NCBI GenBank assembly: GCA_963697385.1
Contig: CAVONU010000006.1
Coordinates: forward strand, 13,424-77,423
Direction of reading: 5' to 3'
Length of the DNA stretch: 64,000 bases
Origin: an uncultured Acidimicrobiales bacterium
GTDB lineage: Bacteria > Actinomycetota > Acidimicrobiia > Acidimicrobiales > CAWCAL01
Part shown: piece after piece, positions 55,788-64,000 of the stretch
How the letters are laid out: every line of letters starts with the position of its first letter
How positions within the stretch are numbered: position 1 is the stretch's first letter
Translations under genes and position numbers: made by a program
Notes under the pieces: model-generated
What the model was told of the DNA's origin: nothing
Database searches by the model: none
What the model saw: only the letters and a program-made list of their open reading frames with translations

Positions 55788-56137
55788 CAGCCGGCCGGTC
55801 GGGCCCAGGCTTCGATCTCGACCCTGGCCCCGATCGGGAGCTCGGCCACCGCGACCGCGGATCGGGCGGGCCGGTGGTCGCCGAACTCGGCCGTGTAGAC
55901 CTCGTTCATCTCTCCGTAGTCGGCCATGTCGACCAGGAAGACCGTGGTCTTCACCACGTCGGCCAGGCCGGCCCCTTCGGACGCCAACAGCTCCCGGAGG
56001 TTGGCCAAGGCCTGGCGGAGCTCGGCGGCCATCCCGCCGTCGACGAGGCCGTCGACGCCGAGACCGACCTGGCCCGATGTGATCAGCCAGTCACCGGAGC
56101 GGACGATGGGCGTGTACGGACCAACGGGTGTCGCCAT
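55787..56137 (-). CDS. RidA/YjgF/UK114 family imine deaminase
   Basis: GPYTP, SGQVG, VVKTTVFL, MNEVY, RPARSAVAVAELP, VEIEA; stop overlaps the ACAD ATG. Confidence 0.92.
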   Translation of the reverse strand: MATPVGPYTPIVRSGDWLITSGQVGLGVDGLVDGGMAAELRQALANLRELLASEGAGLADVVKTTVFLVDMADYGEMNEVYTAEFGDHRPARSAVAVAELPIGARVEIEAWARPAG

Positions 56138-56231
56138 GGGTTCATCGTGGCACACCGATTCCGCCGCAGCGGACCCGGCGACGGACGGGTGGCGGCCTTC
56201 GTCCGGGCGACCGGACCCTGACGCCCGCGGG

Positions 56232-57821
56232 TCAGTAGGTCGACCCCTGTGATCGGCCGGTGGGCCACTCAGGGGGAAAGCCCTGATGACGCCAGATCGC
56301 AGCGGCCGTCGCCGCGAAGACCGCATCGGACACGCGACACGGCTCGCCGTCGTCCGGTTCGACCACGACGTGGATCGGCGGGAGATCGCTGGCTCGGAGC
56401 ACGCCGAAGGACCGGATGGTCAGATCGTGGATCTCCCCGTCCTCGTCCACCGACAGCCCCTCCGAGGTGACCCAACCGAGTCCCATGTGGACCGCACCCG
56501 TGCAGTAGGAGCGCAGCACGACCTCGTCCAGCGGTGCACCGCCGCGAACGACCACCTCGATCGAACCCGACGGCCCGACCTCCACCCGCGCCCACCCTCC
56601 CGAGATCGGATCGACCAGTTCGACCGCCGGGGTGTCGGCATACGACGAGCGCAACACCGCGGCCTCGGCCCACCCGGCAGCTCGCAACGCGACCGACGTC
56701 GAAGGACCGGGCCGGTCGACCCGCGCGATGTCGATCGACGCGGCATCGCCCCATCCGGCCCGCAACGCCTCCTCGACGTGGGGCGTGCCCACCACCCGGA
56801 CGACCGCCGACCCGTCGGCGCGCAGCCCGGCCGCGATCGGCGGCCGCTTGGGACCCTGCCGGACCGCGTCTTCTCGAGAGAACAGGACCCGGACGACACG
56901 ACCGTGCTTGTCGGCAAGACGCCGCGCCACCTGCCCCACTGGCGACGCGGTCTTCGCTCCGAACGCGCCGCCATTGGCCAGCGGCGACGCCGGTTCACCG
57001 CCCGGCCGGCACCACGACGCGTCGATCTCGAGATACGCGGGCTCGACCCACGAGGTCCGGAGGGTGCGCTCCCATGTCCCGTCGGGCAACTCCAGCGGCG
57101 GACGGCACGCCGATGTCGTGCGCCGGCCCTGGACCTTCCCCGCCTTGGCCCAGGCCTCGGCGGCGGACTCGGCCACGACGAACGATCCATCGGCGGCGGG
57201 AACGGCGACCAGCGCGTCTCCCGGCGCCTCGTCATCGGCGAACCCCGCCTGACCCAGCGCCACGGACGGGTCCACCCGCTGCGGGCCGCCACCCTCGATC
57301 GCGGCGCGCACGGCAGCGGCGCCCAGGTCGCGGCCGCGTTGCGTCCCGCCGACCGCCACCGGCGTGGCGGCGAGCTCGTACGCGTCCAGGATCGGCTGCC
57401 ACCCGGTGCAACGGCACAGATGCGCCGCCAGCGCTCGACCCACCGCCTCGTGATCGTCGGCCGCTGTCCCCTTGGCCAGCAGACCGGAGAACCGCATGAC
57501 GATTCCGGGCGTGCAGAAGCCGCACTGGCTGGCGCCGGTGGAACAGAACGCCTCGCTCCACCGATGCTGCTCGTCCCGTTCGAGACCCTCGACCGTGGTG
57601 ATCACCCGGTCGCGGACTCGTCGCACCGGCGTCACGCAGGACACCCGCGGCCGGCCGTCGACCAGCACGGTGCAACACCCGCACTGCCCCTGCGGGGCAC
57701 AGCCGTCCTTGACGCTCGACAGGCCGAGCCGTTCGCGCAGCACGGTGAGCAGGCTGGCCCCGTCGTCGGCCACGGTCACCGAGACGCCGTTGACGGTCAA
57801 CTGCAGCTCGGTGTCGGCCAT
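56232..57821 (-). CDS. CoxS-type 2x[2Fe-2S] domain fused to a shortened xanthine-dehydrogenase-family molybdopterin-binding region
   Basis: GCAPQGQCGCC...VSC, QCGFC, HLCRCTG; later EPAYLE, NGGAFGAK, G.VHMGLG. Confidence 0.85.
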   Translation of the reverse strand: MADTELQLTVNGVSVTVADDGASLLTVLRERLGLSSVKDGCAPQGQCGCCTVLVDGRPRVSCVTPVRRVRDRVITTVEGLERDEQHRWSEAFCSTGASQCGFCTPGIVMRFSGLLAKGTAADDHEAVGRALAAHLCRCTGWQPILDAYELAATPVAVGGTQRGRDLGAAAVRAAIEGGGPQRVDPSVALGQAGFADDEAPGDALVAVPAADGSFVVAESAAEAWAKAGKVQGRRTTSACRPPLELPDGTWERTLRTSWVEPAYLEIDASWCRPGGEPASPLANGGAFGAKTASPVGQVARRLADKHGRVVRVLFSREDAVRQGPKRPPIAAGLRADGSAVVRVVGTPHVEEALRAGWGDAASIDIARVDRPGPSTSVALRAAGWAEAAVLRSSYADTPAVELVDPISGGWARVEVGPSGSIEVVVRGGAPLDEVVLRSYCTGAVHMGLGWVTSEGLSVDEDGEIHDLTIRSFGVLRASDLPPIHVVVEPDDGEPCRVSDAVFAATAAAIWRHQGFPPEWPTGRSQGSTY

Positions 57822-57843
57822 CGGGCCAGACTACGTTCGGACC

Positions 57844-58728
57844 GTGACCCCCCTCCCCCTCAACCGGCGCGAGCTCCTCGCCGGGCTGGCCGGCATGGCG
57901 GTCCTCGCCGCCTGCGGTGACGACGACGACACCGGCGCCCAGGGTGTCTCGGTGGGTGAAGAGGAGGGGTACTCGCTCCTCCAGTTCTTCGCCCCCGCCG
58001 GAGCGCTCGCCGCGGACCAACCCAATCGCATCCCGTTCGGACTCGGCACGCTCGCCGGCGCCTTCCGTGCCGACGTCCCCGACACCCTCGAGGTCGCCCT
58101 CGTGGACCAGGACGGCACCGAGCTCGACCGCCAGACCCTTCCGTCCCTGGGCGACGGCCTTCCCCGCCGCTACTACTCGTTCGAGGCCACCCTGCCCGAG
58201 GGCATCTACACCCTCGTCGCCGACATCGACGGCGACACCGCCGAGCTCCCGGTCCAGATCCACCCGGCCGACGACATCCTGCTGGTGCAGCCCGGCGACC
58301 CGATGCGTCCGGTCGACACGCCGACGACGGACGACGCCCGCGGTGTCGACCCGATCTGCACGCGGACCCCCACCTGTGACTTCCACCAGCAGACGTTGAC
58401 CTCCGCGCTCGAGACCGACAATCCCGTGGCGTTCATGATCTCGACGCCGACCTTCTGTCAGACCGCCGTCTGCGGTCCCGTGCTGGACATCATGATCCAG
58501 CTGTCGGCCGACTACCCCGAGGTCGAGTTCGTCCATGCCGAGGTGTTCGAGAACCCGGGCGACGGGGTCACGGCCGACACCTCGCTCACGGACGCGGTGA
58601 CCACCTACGGCATGGAGTTCGAGCCCAGCATCATCGTGGCCGACGCGGACGGGACGGTGGTCCGCCGACTGGACTTCATCTTCGCCGAGGAGGAGATGCG
58701 CGAGGCCCTCGACCTGGTGGCCGGCTGA
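57844..58728 (+). CDS. Tat-exported lipoprotein with a thioredoxin-like C-terminal domain
   Basis: NRRELL twin-Arg, LAAC lipobox; PICTRTPTCDFH and TPTFCQTAVCGP motifs; FVHAEV, EPS. Confidence 0.8.
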   Translation: MTPLPLNRRELLAGLAGMAVLAACGDDDDTGAQGVSVGEEEGYSLLQFFAPAGALAADQPNRIPFGLGTLAGAFRADVPDTLEVALVDQDGTELDRQTLPSLGDGLPRRYYSFEATLPEGIYTLVADIDGDTAELPVQIHPADDILLVQPGDPMRPVDTPTTDDARGVDPICTRTPTCDFHQQTLTSALETDNPVAFMISTPTFCQTAVCGPVLDIMIQLSADYPEVEFVHAEVFENPGDGVTADTSLTDAVTTYGMEFEPSIIVADADGTVVRRLDFIFAEEEMREALDLVAG

Positions 58729-58759
58729 CCCCGAGGGTCAGCTCAGCGGTCGAACCGGC

Positions 58760-59083
58760 TCAGCTGAACGACGAGCCGCAGCCGCAGGTGCGCTCGGCGT
58801 TGGGGTTGTCGATGGCGAACCCCTGCTGAGCCAGGCCGTCCTTGTAGTCGAGGGTGGCGCCGGCCAGGAGCTGGGCGCTGGTGGGATCGACGACGACCTT
58901 GACCGGGCCGTAGGTGGCCACCGTGTCGTTCTCCTCGACTTCGGAGTCGAAGAAGAGGTCGTACGAATAGCCCGAGCAGCCGCCGGGCTTGACCGCGACG
59001 CGCAGGGCGAGCGCCTCGGCGTTGGTCTCTTCGCTGATGAGCTGGTCGACCTTGCTGGCCGCACTCTCGGTCAAGGTGATCAT
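58760..59083 (-). CDS. Fe-S cluster assembly accessory protein (HesB/IscA/ErpA family)
   Basis: GGCSG, LDY, NPNAERTCGCGSSF. Confidence 0.95.
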   Translation of the reverse strand: MITLTESAASKVDQLISEETNAEALALRVAVKPGGCSGYSYDLFFDSEVEENDTVATYGPVKVVVDPTSAQLLAGATLDYKDGLAQQGFAIDNPNAERTCGCGSSFS

Positions 59084-59210
59084 CGTGGCTCCTCTTGCTG
59101 GCCCCGCCGGGGGCGTCCCGACCCGGCGTCGGCCGAATTGTACCTATCCGCGTGGGAGAAACCCATCCCATCAGGGTCGGACTCGCGGCCGGCGTTCCTA
59201 GAATCGTTGT

Positions 59211-60371
59211 GTGGACACCACCGGCAGACCCAGCCCCGACGCCGTACGCCAACTCCTGAACGGCGTCATCGACCCCGAGCTCGGCGCGTCCCTGGTCGAG
59301 CTGGGCATGGTGCAGGACGTGTCCGTGGACAGCGGCGCCGTGGCGGTCACCATCGCTCTGACCATCGCCGGCTGCCCGCTCAAGGCCCAGGTGAAACGGG
59401 ACATCGAGGCGCGGGTCGGGTCGCACCCCGGCGTCACCGACGTGTCGATCACCTGGGACGTGCTCAGCGCCGAGGGTCGGGCCGAGGCCATGGCTGTCGC
59501 TCGCCGCAAGGCCCAGGACCGGGCCCCCGACACCGCGATCCCGTCCACCTGCCGGGTGATCGCCATCGCCTCGGGCAAGGGCGGTGTGGGCAAGTCCTCG
59601 GTGACGGTCAACCTCGCGGCCGGTCTCGCCGCTCGGGGCCACACGGTCGGCCTGCTCGACGCGGACATCGGCGGCTTCTCGGTTCCCCGCATGCTCGGGG
59701 TACACCAACGGCTCGAGGCCACCGACGAGAAGCGCATCGTTCCCATCTCCAAGACGGTGGGCGACGGCGAGATCCAGGTCGTGTCCATGGGCAACCTGGT
59801 CGACGACGAGGAGTCGGCGCTCATGTGGAACGGCCGGACCCTCAACCGTGCCGTGCAGCACTTCATGGAAGACGTCGACTGGGGCAGGCTCGACTATCTC
59901 TTCATCGACATGCCGCCCGGAACGGGCGACATCCAGATGTCGCTGGGCCGGATGCTGCCGCGAACCGAGGTCATCATCGTCACCACGCCGGCGCTGACCG
60001 CGCAGAAGGTGGCGACGCGCGCCGTCGACATCGCCCGCAAGAGCTCGCTCCGTGTGGTGGGCGCCGTCGAGAACATGAGCGAGTTCGTCACCCCCGACGG
60101 TGAGCGCCACGCGCTGTTCGGCGAGGGTGGCGGCGAGGCCCTCGCGGCAGCCGCGGGGGTTCCCCTGCTGGCCCGCATCCCCATCGACGGGGCGGTGGCG
60201 TCGGGCGGCGACAGCGGTGCACCCGTCGCCCTCGGCGAGGGACCGGCCGCCGACGCCTTCGGCGACCTCGCCCATCTCATCCTCACCGAAGCCGCTCCGC
60301 CCATCGCCATGGACGGATGCTCGGCCCGACTCCTCGAGGCCGTCGAAGCCGCCCTCGACGCCCCCGCCTGA
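59211..60371 (+). CDS. mrp: Mrp/NBP35 (ApbC) Fe-S carrier ATPase with N-terminal DUF59 domain
   Basis: IDPELG..LV.LGMV, GCP, ASGKGGVGKS, DADI.G.S, DMPPGTGD, ENMS. Confidence 0.93.
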   Translation: MDTTGRPSPDAVRQLLNGVIDPELGASLVELGMVQDVSVDSGAVAVTIALTIAGCPLKAQVKRDIEARVGSHPGVTDVSITWDVLSAEGRAEAMAVARRKAQDRAPDTAIPSTCRVIAIASGKGGVGKSSVTVNLAAGLAARGHTVGLLDADIGGFSVPRMLGVHQRLEATDEKRIVPISKTVGDGEIQVVSMGNLVDDEESALMWNGRTLNRAVQHFMEDVDWGRLDYLFIDMPPGTGDIQMSLGRMLPRTEVIIVTTPALTAQKVATRAVDIARKSSLRVVGAVENMSEFVTPDGERHALFGEGGGEALAAAAGVPLLARIPIDGAVASGGDSGAPVALGEGPAADAFGDLAHLILTEAAPPIAMDGCSARLLEAVEAALDAPA

Positions 60372-60478
60372 CCCGCCCGGCGCCGCCCGGCCACCCCCGA
60401 CGCGACGCCCCCACACCGAAACTTGGGCACCTGGCCCACGCATGTGCGGGCGGATGCCCCAATTTGGTCGGAGCGCGA

Positions 60479-63355
60479 TCAGTCGGCGATGCGCAGCGCG
60501 ACCGCCGGGCGGATCCCGGCCGCCCGATTGGCGGGCCGGACCGCGGCCAGCAGCGACACGACCAGGGGCACCAGGCTGATGATGGCCAGCGCGGTCCACG
60601 GAACGGCGAACTCCAACGTCTGCTCGCCGAAGGTCGTGGAGTTGACCAGCACCTGATAGGCCGACAGCGCCCCGAGCCCGATCCCGATCACGATGCCCTG
60701 CACCGCCAGGAAGCCGGCCTCGATCATGAAGGCCCGCCGCACGGTGGGAGCCCGCACACCCATGGCCCGCAGCATGCCGATCTCACGGCGACGCTCCCGG
60801 ACGGCCCGCACCATCACCACGCCCAGCCCGGCGATGCCGATGACGAGCCCGATGCCCAGATAGCCGCGCATCAGGTTGAAGAATCCGGAGTTCTCGGCCA
60901 GCTCCTTGTCGATCTCGTCGCGGAAGCTCGCTGCGCTGGTGCCGTTCTCGAGCAAGCGGCCGTCCAACTGCGTGGCGACCTCGGTCGCGTCGGCGCCCTC
61001 GGTGAGCGCCACGTAGTGCCGATTCTCGACGGCCAGCGGTCCCAGGACGTCGTCGACGACGTCGCGGCTCATCAAGGTGCCGTTGAAGATCCAGTCCTGG
61101 GCCATGATGCCCGCCACGGTCACGGTGCGTTCCTCGCCCATCGGGCTCACCACACGGAACTGGTCCCCGATCTCCATGCTCACCGACGACGGTCCTCCGT
61201 CCTCCTCCCGGAAGAAGTCGTCGATCACGGCCAGCGACGGATCGTCCAGCACGGCGCGGTACACGTCGGCGTCGCTGGCGTAGGCCGCGCCGCGCGCCGC
61301 CAGCTCGGGACCGCCGAAGGCCAGCAGCGACTCGTCGAACCCGGTGATCGCCCACCACTGAGGTTCGTCGTCCCAGGGCGCCTGCATGTCCGTGCCGCCG
61401 TGACTGAGCGCGGCGACCGATGTCACCTCGGGCTGCGCGGCGAGCAGGTCGCTGGTCACCGGGTTGGCCGGGTTGGAATCGATGAAGAGGTCGAACCCCG
61501 CTCGCTGCTGCTCGGCGAAGTCGCCGGCCTGGCTGCGCAGGATGCCGTCGAAGACCGACAGGAAGGTCATCACGAACAGCACCATGGCGAACATGGCCAA
61601 CAGCAGGCCGGTCCTGACCCGGCGGGCCAGCGGGTAGGCGAGCGCCAGCCGCGAGGCCAGGCCTCCGCCCCGGTCGGCCAGTCGCCGGGCCAGGCTCACC
61701 CAGAAGTGGTCGATCTGGACCAGGATCAGGACCGCCGCGCCCACCATCAGGACACCCTGGATCAGGAAGGTCTGCTCGGACGCGTCCTGCATGGCGTCAG
61801 GGGCGACGGTGAAGGCCAGCACGCCCCAGGCGATGACCGCCGAGCTGGTGACGATCAGGGTCGGTCGCGCCGGCAGGAACCGCATGGTGAGCGCCAACGA
61901 CGAGAACAGCGCGACGCCGGGGCCCAGCAGGGTGAGCGCCGAGTTCTCGCCGCTCAGGCCCGCCAGGGTCAACAGGCCGCCGAGCCCGATGCCCACCGCA
62001 CCCAGGATCAGACGGCCGAGATGGCGGCCGCGCTTCCGAGGGTCGGGCAGGTCGCGGATGGCGCTGATGACGTTGAGCCGACTGATGCGCACGCTGGTCA
62101 GCCACACCGTGATGATGCCGAGCAGGGCGCCGTAGACGGCGCCGCCGAGCAGGGCGGTCGGCTCGACGGCCAGCTGGAAGGTCAGCCCGCTGTCCGAGCT
62201 GAAGATGACCTGGGTGGCCCGGATCAGGACCCATCCCACCCCCACGCCCAGCAGGGCACCGATCGCCGCGGCGACGACCGAGTAGATCGCGCCCTCGAGA
62301 CCGAACGTGCGCAGCAGGTGAGAGCGGTGCAGACCGACAGCGCGCATCATGCCCAGCTCGGTCTTGCGTTCCTCGCCCAACATGATGAAGAGGTTGACCA
62401 CCAGCAGGACACCGGCCACGACGCTGAACGACCCGATGAAGGTGAACAGCGAACCGATCCCGGCCCCCTGCTCCGCTGCGTCGTCGAGCAGATCGGCTTT
62501 GACCGGGTCGAGCTCGAAGTCGCTGATACCGGCTTCGCCCAGCGCTCGCTGCAGATCCTCGGCCACCGCCTCGGTGTGGGTCTCGCCGTCGAAGACGCCG
62601 CCGGCGTTGGAGACCAGGACCCGGCCCGCCGGGGGTTCCCCGGGAACGGCGGCGTCGGCGGCGGCGCGCTCGATGGTTCCCGGCTGAACGTAGAGGGAGA
62701 CCGCGCCGCCGAGGCCGACCTCGGGTACCACCGTCCTGACGTCGAGATCCACCGGGTTGCCGTAGAGGTGGAGCGTCATGCGGTCACCGACGTCCACCTC
62801 GAGCTCGTCGGCCAACGATCGATTGATCACCGTCTCGCCCGGCCCGGGTGTGGCTCCGGCGTCGACCAGGCCCGTCGCTTCAGAGTCACCGCCGAAGCTG
62901 CGGGCATCGTCGAAGTCGACCTCGCCGACGGACGCGAAGGGCTCACCCCGTCGGTCGCCACCCTCGCCCGCCGCCGCGACGCCACCCGACGTGATCATCT
63001 CGAGCACGCCGTCGACGTCGGGCACATCGGCGGCGTCGACGGCGGCGCGCACCGACGCGAGCACGACGCTCACCTCGGTGTCGGGCCGAACCTCGACCAT
63101 CTCGTCGACCGGCCCGAGGTTGGTCCGCGCGATGTCGCGGATGCTGTGGTCGATCGAGTCACCGACGACGAACGCGCTGGTGATGATGGCCGTGCCGAGG
63201 AGCGACCCCAGCACGACGAGCACGGCCTCGCCCCGGCGCCGGGTGATGTTGCGCAGCGCCAGGCGCCGCGAGGTGGGCCGCCGCAGCAGGTCGTGGACAC
63301 CGACCGCCAGAAGGGGCCCACCGAGAACGAGGAATCCGATCATCCAGGGGCTCAT
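60479..63355 (-). CDS. ABC transporter permease, FtsX/MacB-like (two FtsX modules)
   Basis: ERKTELGMMRAVG and ERRREIGMLRAMG; multiple TM bundles with large external domains. Confidence 0.92.
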   Translation of the reverse strand: MSPWMIGFLVLGGPLLAVGVHDLLRRPTSRRLALRNITRRRGEAVLVVLGSLLGTAIITSAFVVGDSIDHSIRDIARTNLGPVDEMVEVRPDTEVSVVLASVRAAVDAADVPDVDGVLEMITSGGVAAAGEGGDRRGEPFASVGEVDFDDARSFGGDSEATGLVDAGATPGPGETVINRSLADELEVDVGDRMTLHLYGNPVDLDVRTVVPEVGLGGAVSLYVQPGTIERAAADAAVPGEPPAGRVLVSNAGGVFDGETHTEAVAEDLQRALGEAGISDFELDPVKADLLDDAAEQGAGIGSLFTFIGSFSVVAGVLLVVNLFIMLGEERKTELGMMRAVGLHRSHLLRTFGLEGAIYSVVAAAIGALLGVGVGWVLIRATQVIFSSDSGLTFQLAVEPTALLGGAVYGALLGIITVWLTSVRISRLNVISAIRDLPDPRKRGRHLGRLILGAVGIGLGGLLTLAGLSGENSALTLLGPGVALFSSLALTMRFLPARPTLIVTSSAVIAWGVLAFTVAPDAMQDASEQTFLIQGVLMVGAAVLILVQIDHFWVSLARRLADRGGGLASRLALAYPLARRVRTGLLLAMFAMVLFVMTFLSVFDGILRSQAGDFAEQQRAGFDLFIDSNPANPVTSDLLAAQPEVTSVAALSHGGTDMQAPWDDEPQWWAITGFDESLLAFGGPELAARGAAYASDADVYRAVLDDPSLAVIDDFFREEDGGPSSVSMEIGDQFRVVSPMGEERTVTVAGIMAQDWIFNGTLMSRDVVDDVLGPLAVENRHYVALTEGADATEVATQLDGRLLENGTSAASFRDEIDKELAENSGFFNLMRGYLGIGLVIGIAGLGVVMVRAVRERRREIGMLRAMGVRAPTVRRAFMIEAGFLAVQGIVIGIGLGALSAYQVLVNSTTFGEQTLEFAVPWTALAIISLVPLVVSLLAAVRPANRAAGIRPAVALRIAD

Positions 63356-64000
63356 CGGGCCTCCTCCCCGTCCAGCAGGCCCTCTGGGCTCCCGTCGTAC
63401 GTGACCTGGCCGTCGCGGACCTGCACCAGCCGTTGCCCACCCATCCCGATCCCGCGGTCGTGGGTCACGATCACCAGGGCCTGGCCGGCCCCGTGCACCT
63501 CGTGCAGCAGCTCCAGCACCTGACCGGCGGTATGCGAGTCGAGGTTGCCCGTGGGCTCGTCGGCCCAGACGATCGCGGGCTCGGACACCAGGGCTCGGGC
63601 GATCGCCACCCGCTGCTGCTCACCGCCGGAGAGCTCGGTGGGCCGGTGATCGGCCCGATCCGCCAGCCCGACCCGCTCCAGCATGTGCCGGGCCTGCTCC
63701 CGGGCGTCGCGCGCCCGGGCCTGGCCGACCAGCAGAGGCAGCTCGACGTTCTCCACGGCGCTGAACACCGGCACCAGATTGAAGCTCTGGAAGACGAACC
63801 CCATGCGCTGGGCCCGATGTTCGGTGCGCTTGGCGTCGGACAGGGCGTGGATGTCGAGGTCGTCGACCAGGACCCTGCCCGCGTCGATCTCGTCCAGCCC
63901 CGAGAGGCAGTTGAGCAGGGTCGTCTTGCCGTTGCCGGACGGCCCCATGACCATCACCATCTCGGCGGCCCAGATGTCGAGATCCACGCCGGTCAGCACC
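63352..64000 (-). CDS. ABC transporter ATP-binding protein (LolD/MacB-like), 5' end outside the window
   Basis: [32 protein letters not shown]. Confidence 0.93.
   Translation of the reverse strand, partial: VLTGVDLDIWAAEMVMVMGPSGNGKTTLLNCLSGLDEIDAGRVLVDDLDIHALSDAKRTEHRAQRMGFVFQSFNLVPVFSAVENVELPLLVGQARARDAREQARHMLERVGLADRADHRPTELSGGEQQRVAIARALVSEPAIVWADEPTGNLDSHTAGQVLELLHEVHGAGQALVIVTHDRGIGMGGQRLVQVRDGQVTYDGSPEGLLDGEEAR

Noticed and set aside
1-64000. tRNA, rRNA or riboswitch genes
   Set aside because: No cloverleaf or known RNA motif was recognised by eye in the intergenic gaps; a tRNAscan/Infernal search would be needed to exclude them formally.

Overview
High-GC (about 70% by eye) actinobacterial chromosomal DNA, most likely Acidimicrobiia (inferred from gene content). 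It holds about 50 CDS and no recognisable rRNA, tRNA, CRISPR array, integrase or transposase. Blocks in order: (1) 0.7-19 kb, a polyphosphate/ion-homeostasis island with CYTH-CHAD, orphan ParA, a P-type ATPase whose canonical cation-binding residues are all replaced, PPK2, a DAG-kinase-like lipid kinase, an internally deleted SulP, two DUF6325 + 'ARTAxVAGTA' gene pairs, a K+ channel and a ClC protein; (2) 19-30 kb, regulators, methyltransferases, a DsbD/CcdA-like redox protein and gnd-zwf; (3) 30-41.5 kb, a candidate signalling/defence locus with a degenerate cyclase-STAND, DUF2515-like protein, catalytically degenerate patatin, MpaB/DUF2236 heme oxygenase, a TIR-TM-ectodomain receptor coupled to a 2TM-RCK-RyR protein, and a BTAD regulator facing a 54-bp-repeat membrane protein; (4) an intact SulP and a 1991-aa HD-GYP phosphodiesterase fused to an Ig-repeat/FG-GAP adhesin-like ectodomain; (5) 49-64 kb, acyl-CoA carboxylase/dehydrogenase genes, Fe-S assembly genes and an ABC exporter cut by the window end. 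The best candidates for an undescribed system are the TIR + RCK-RyR locus, the cation-site-less P-type ATPase island and the HD-GYP adhesin receptor. Family assignments come from motif recognition by eye; no database search was run.
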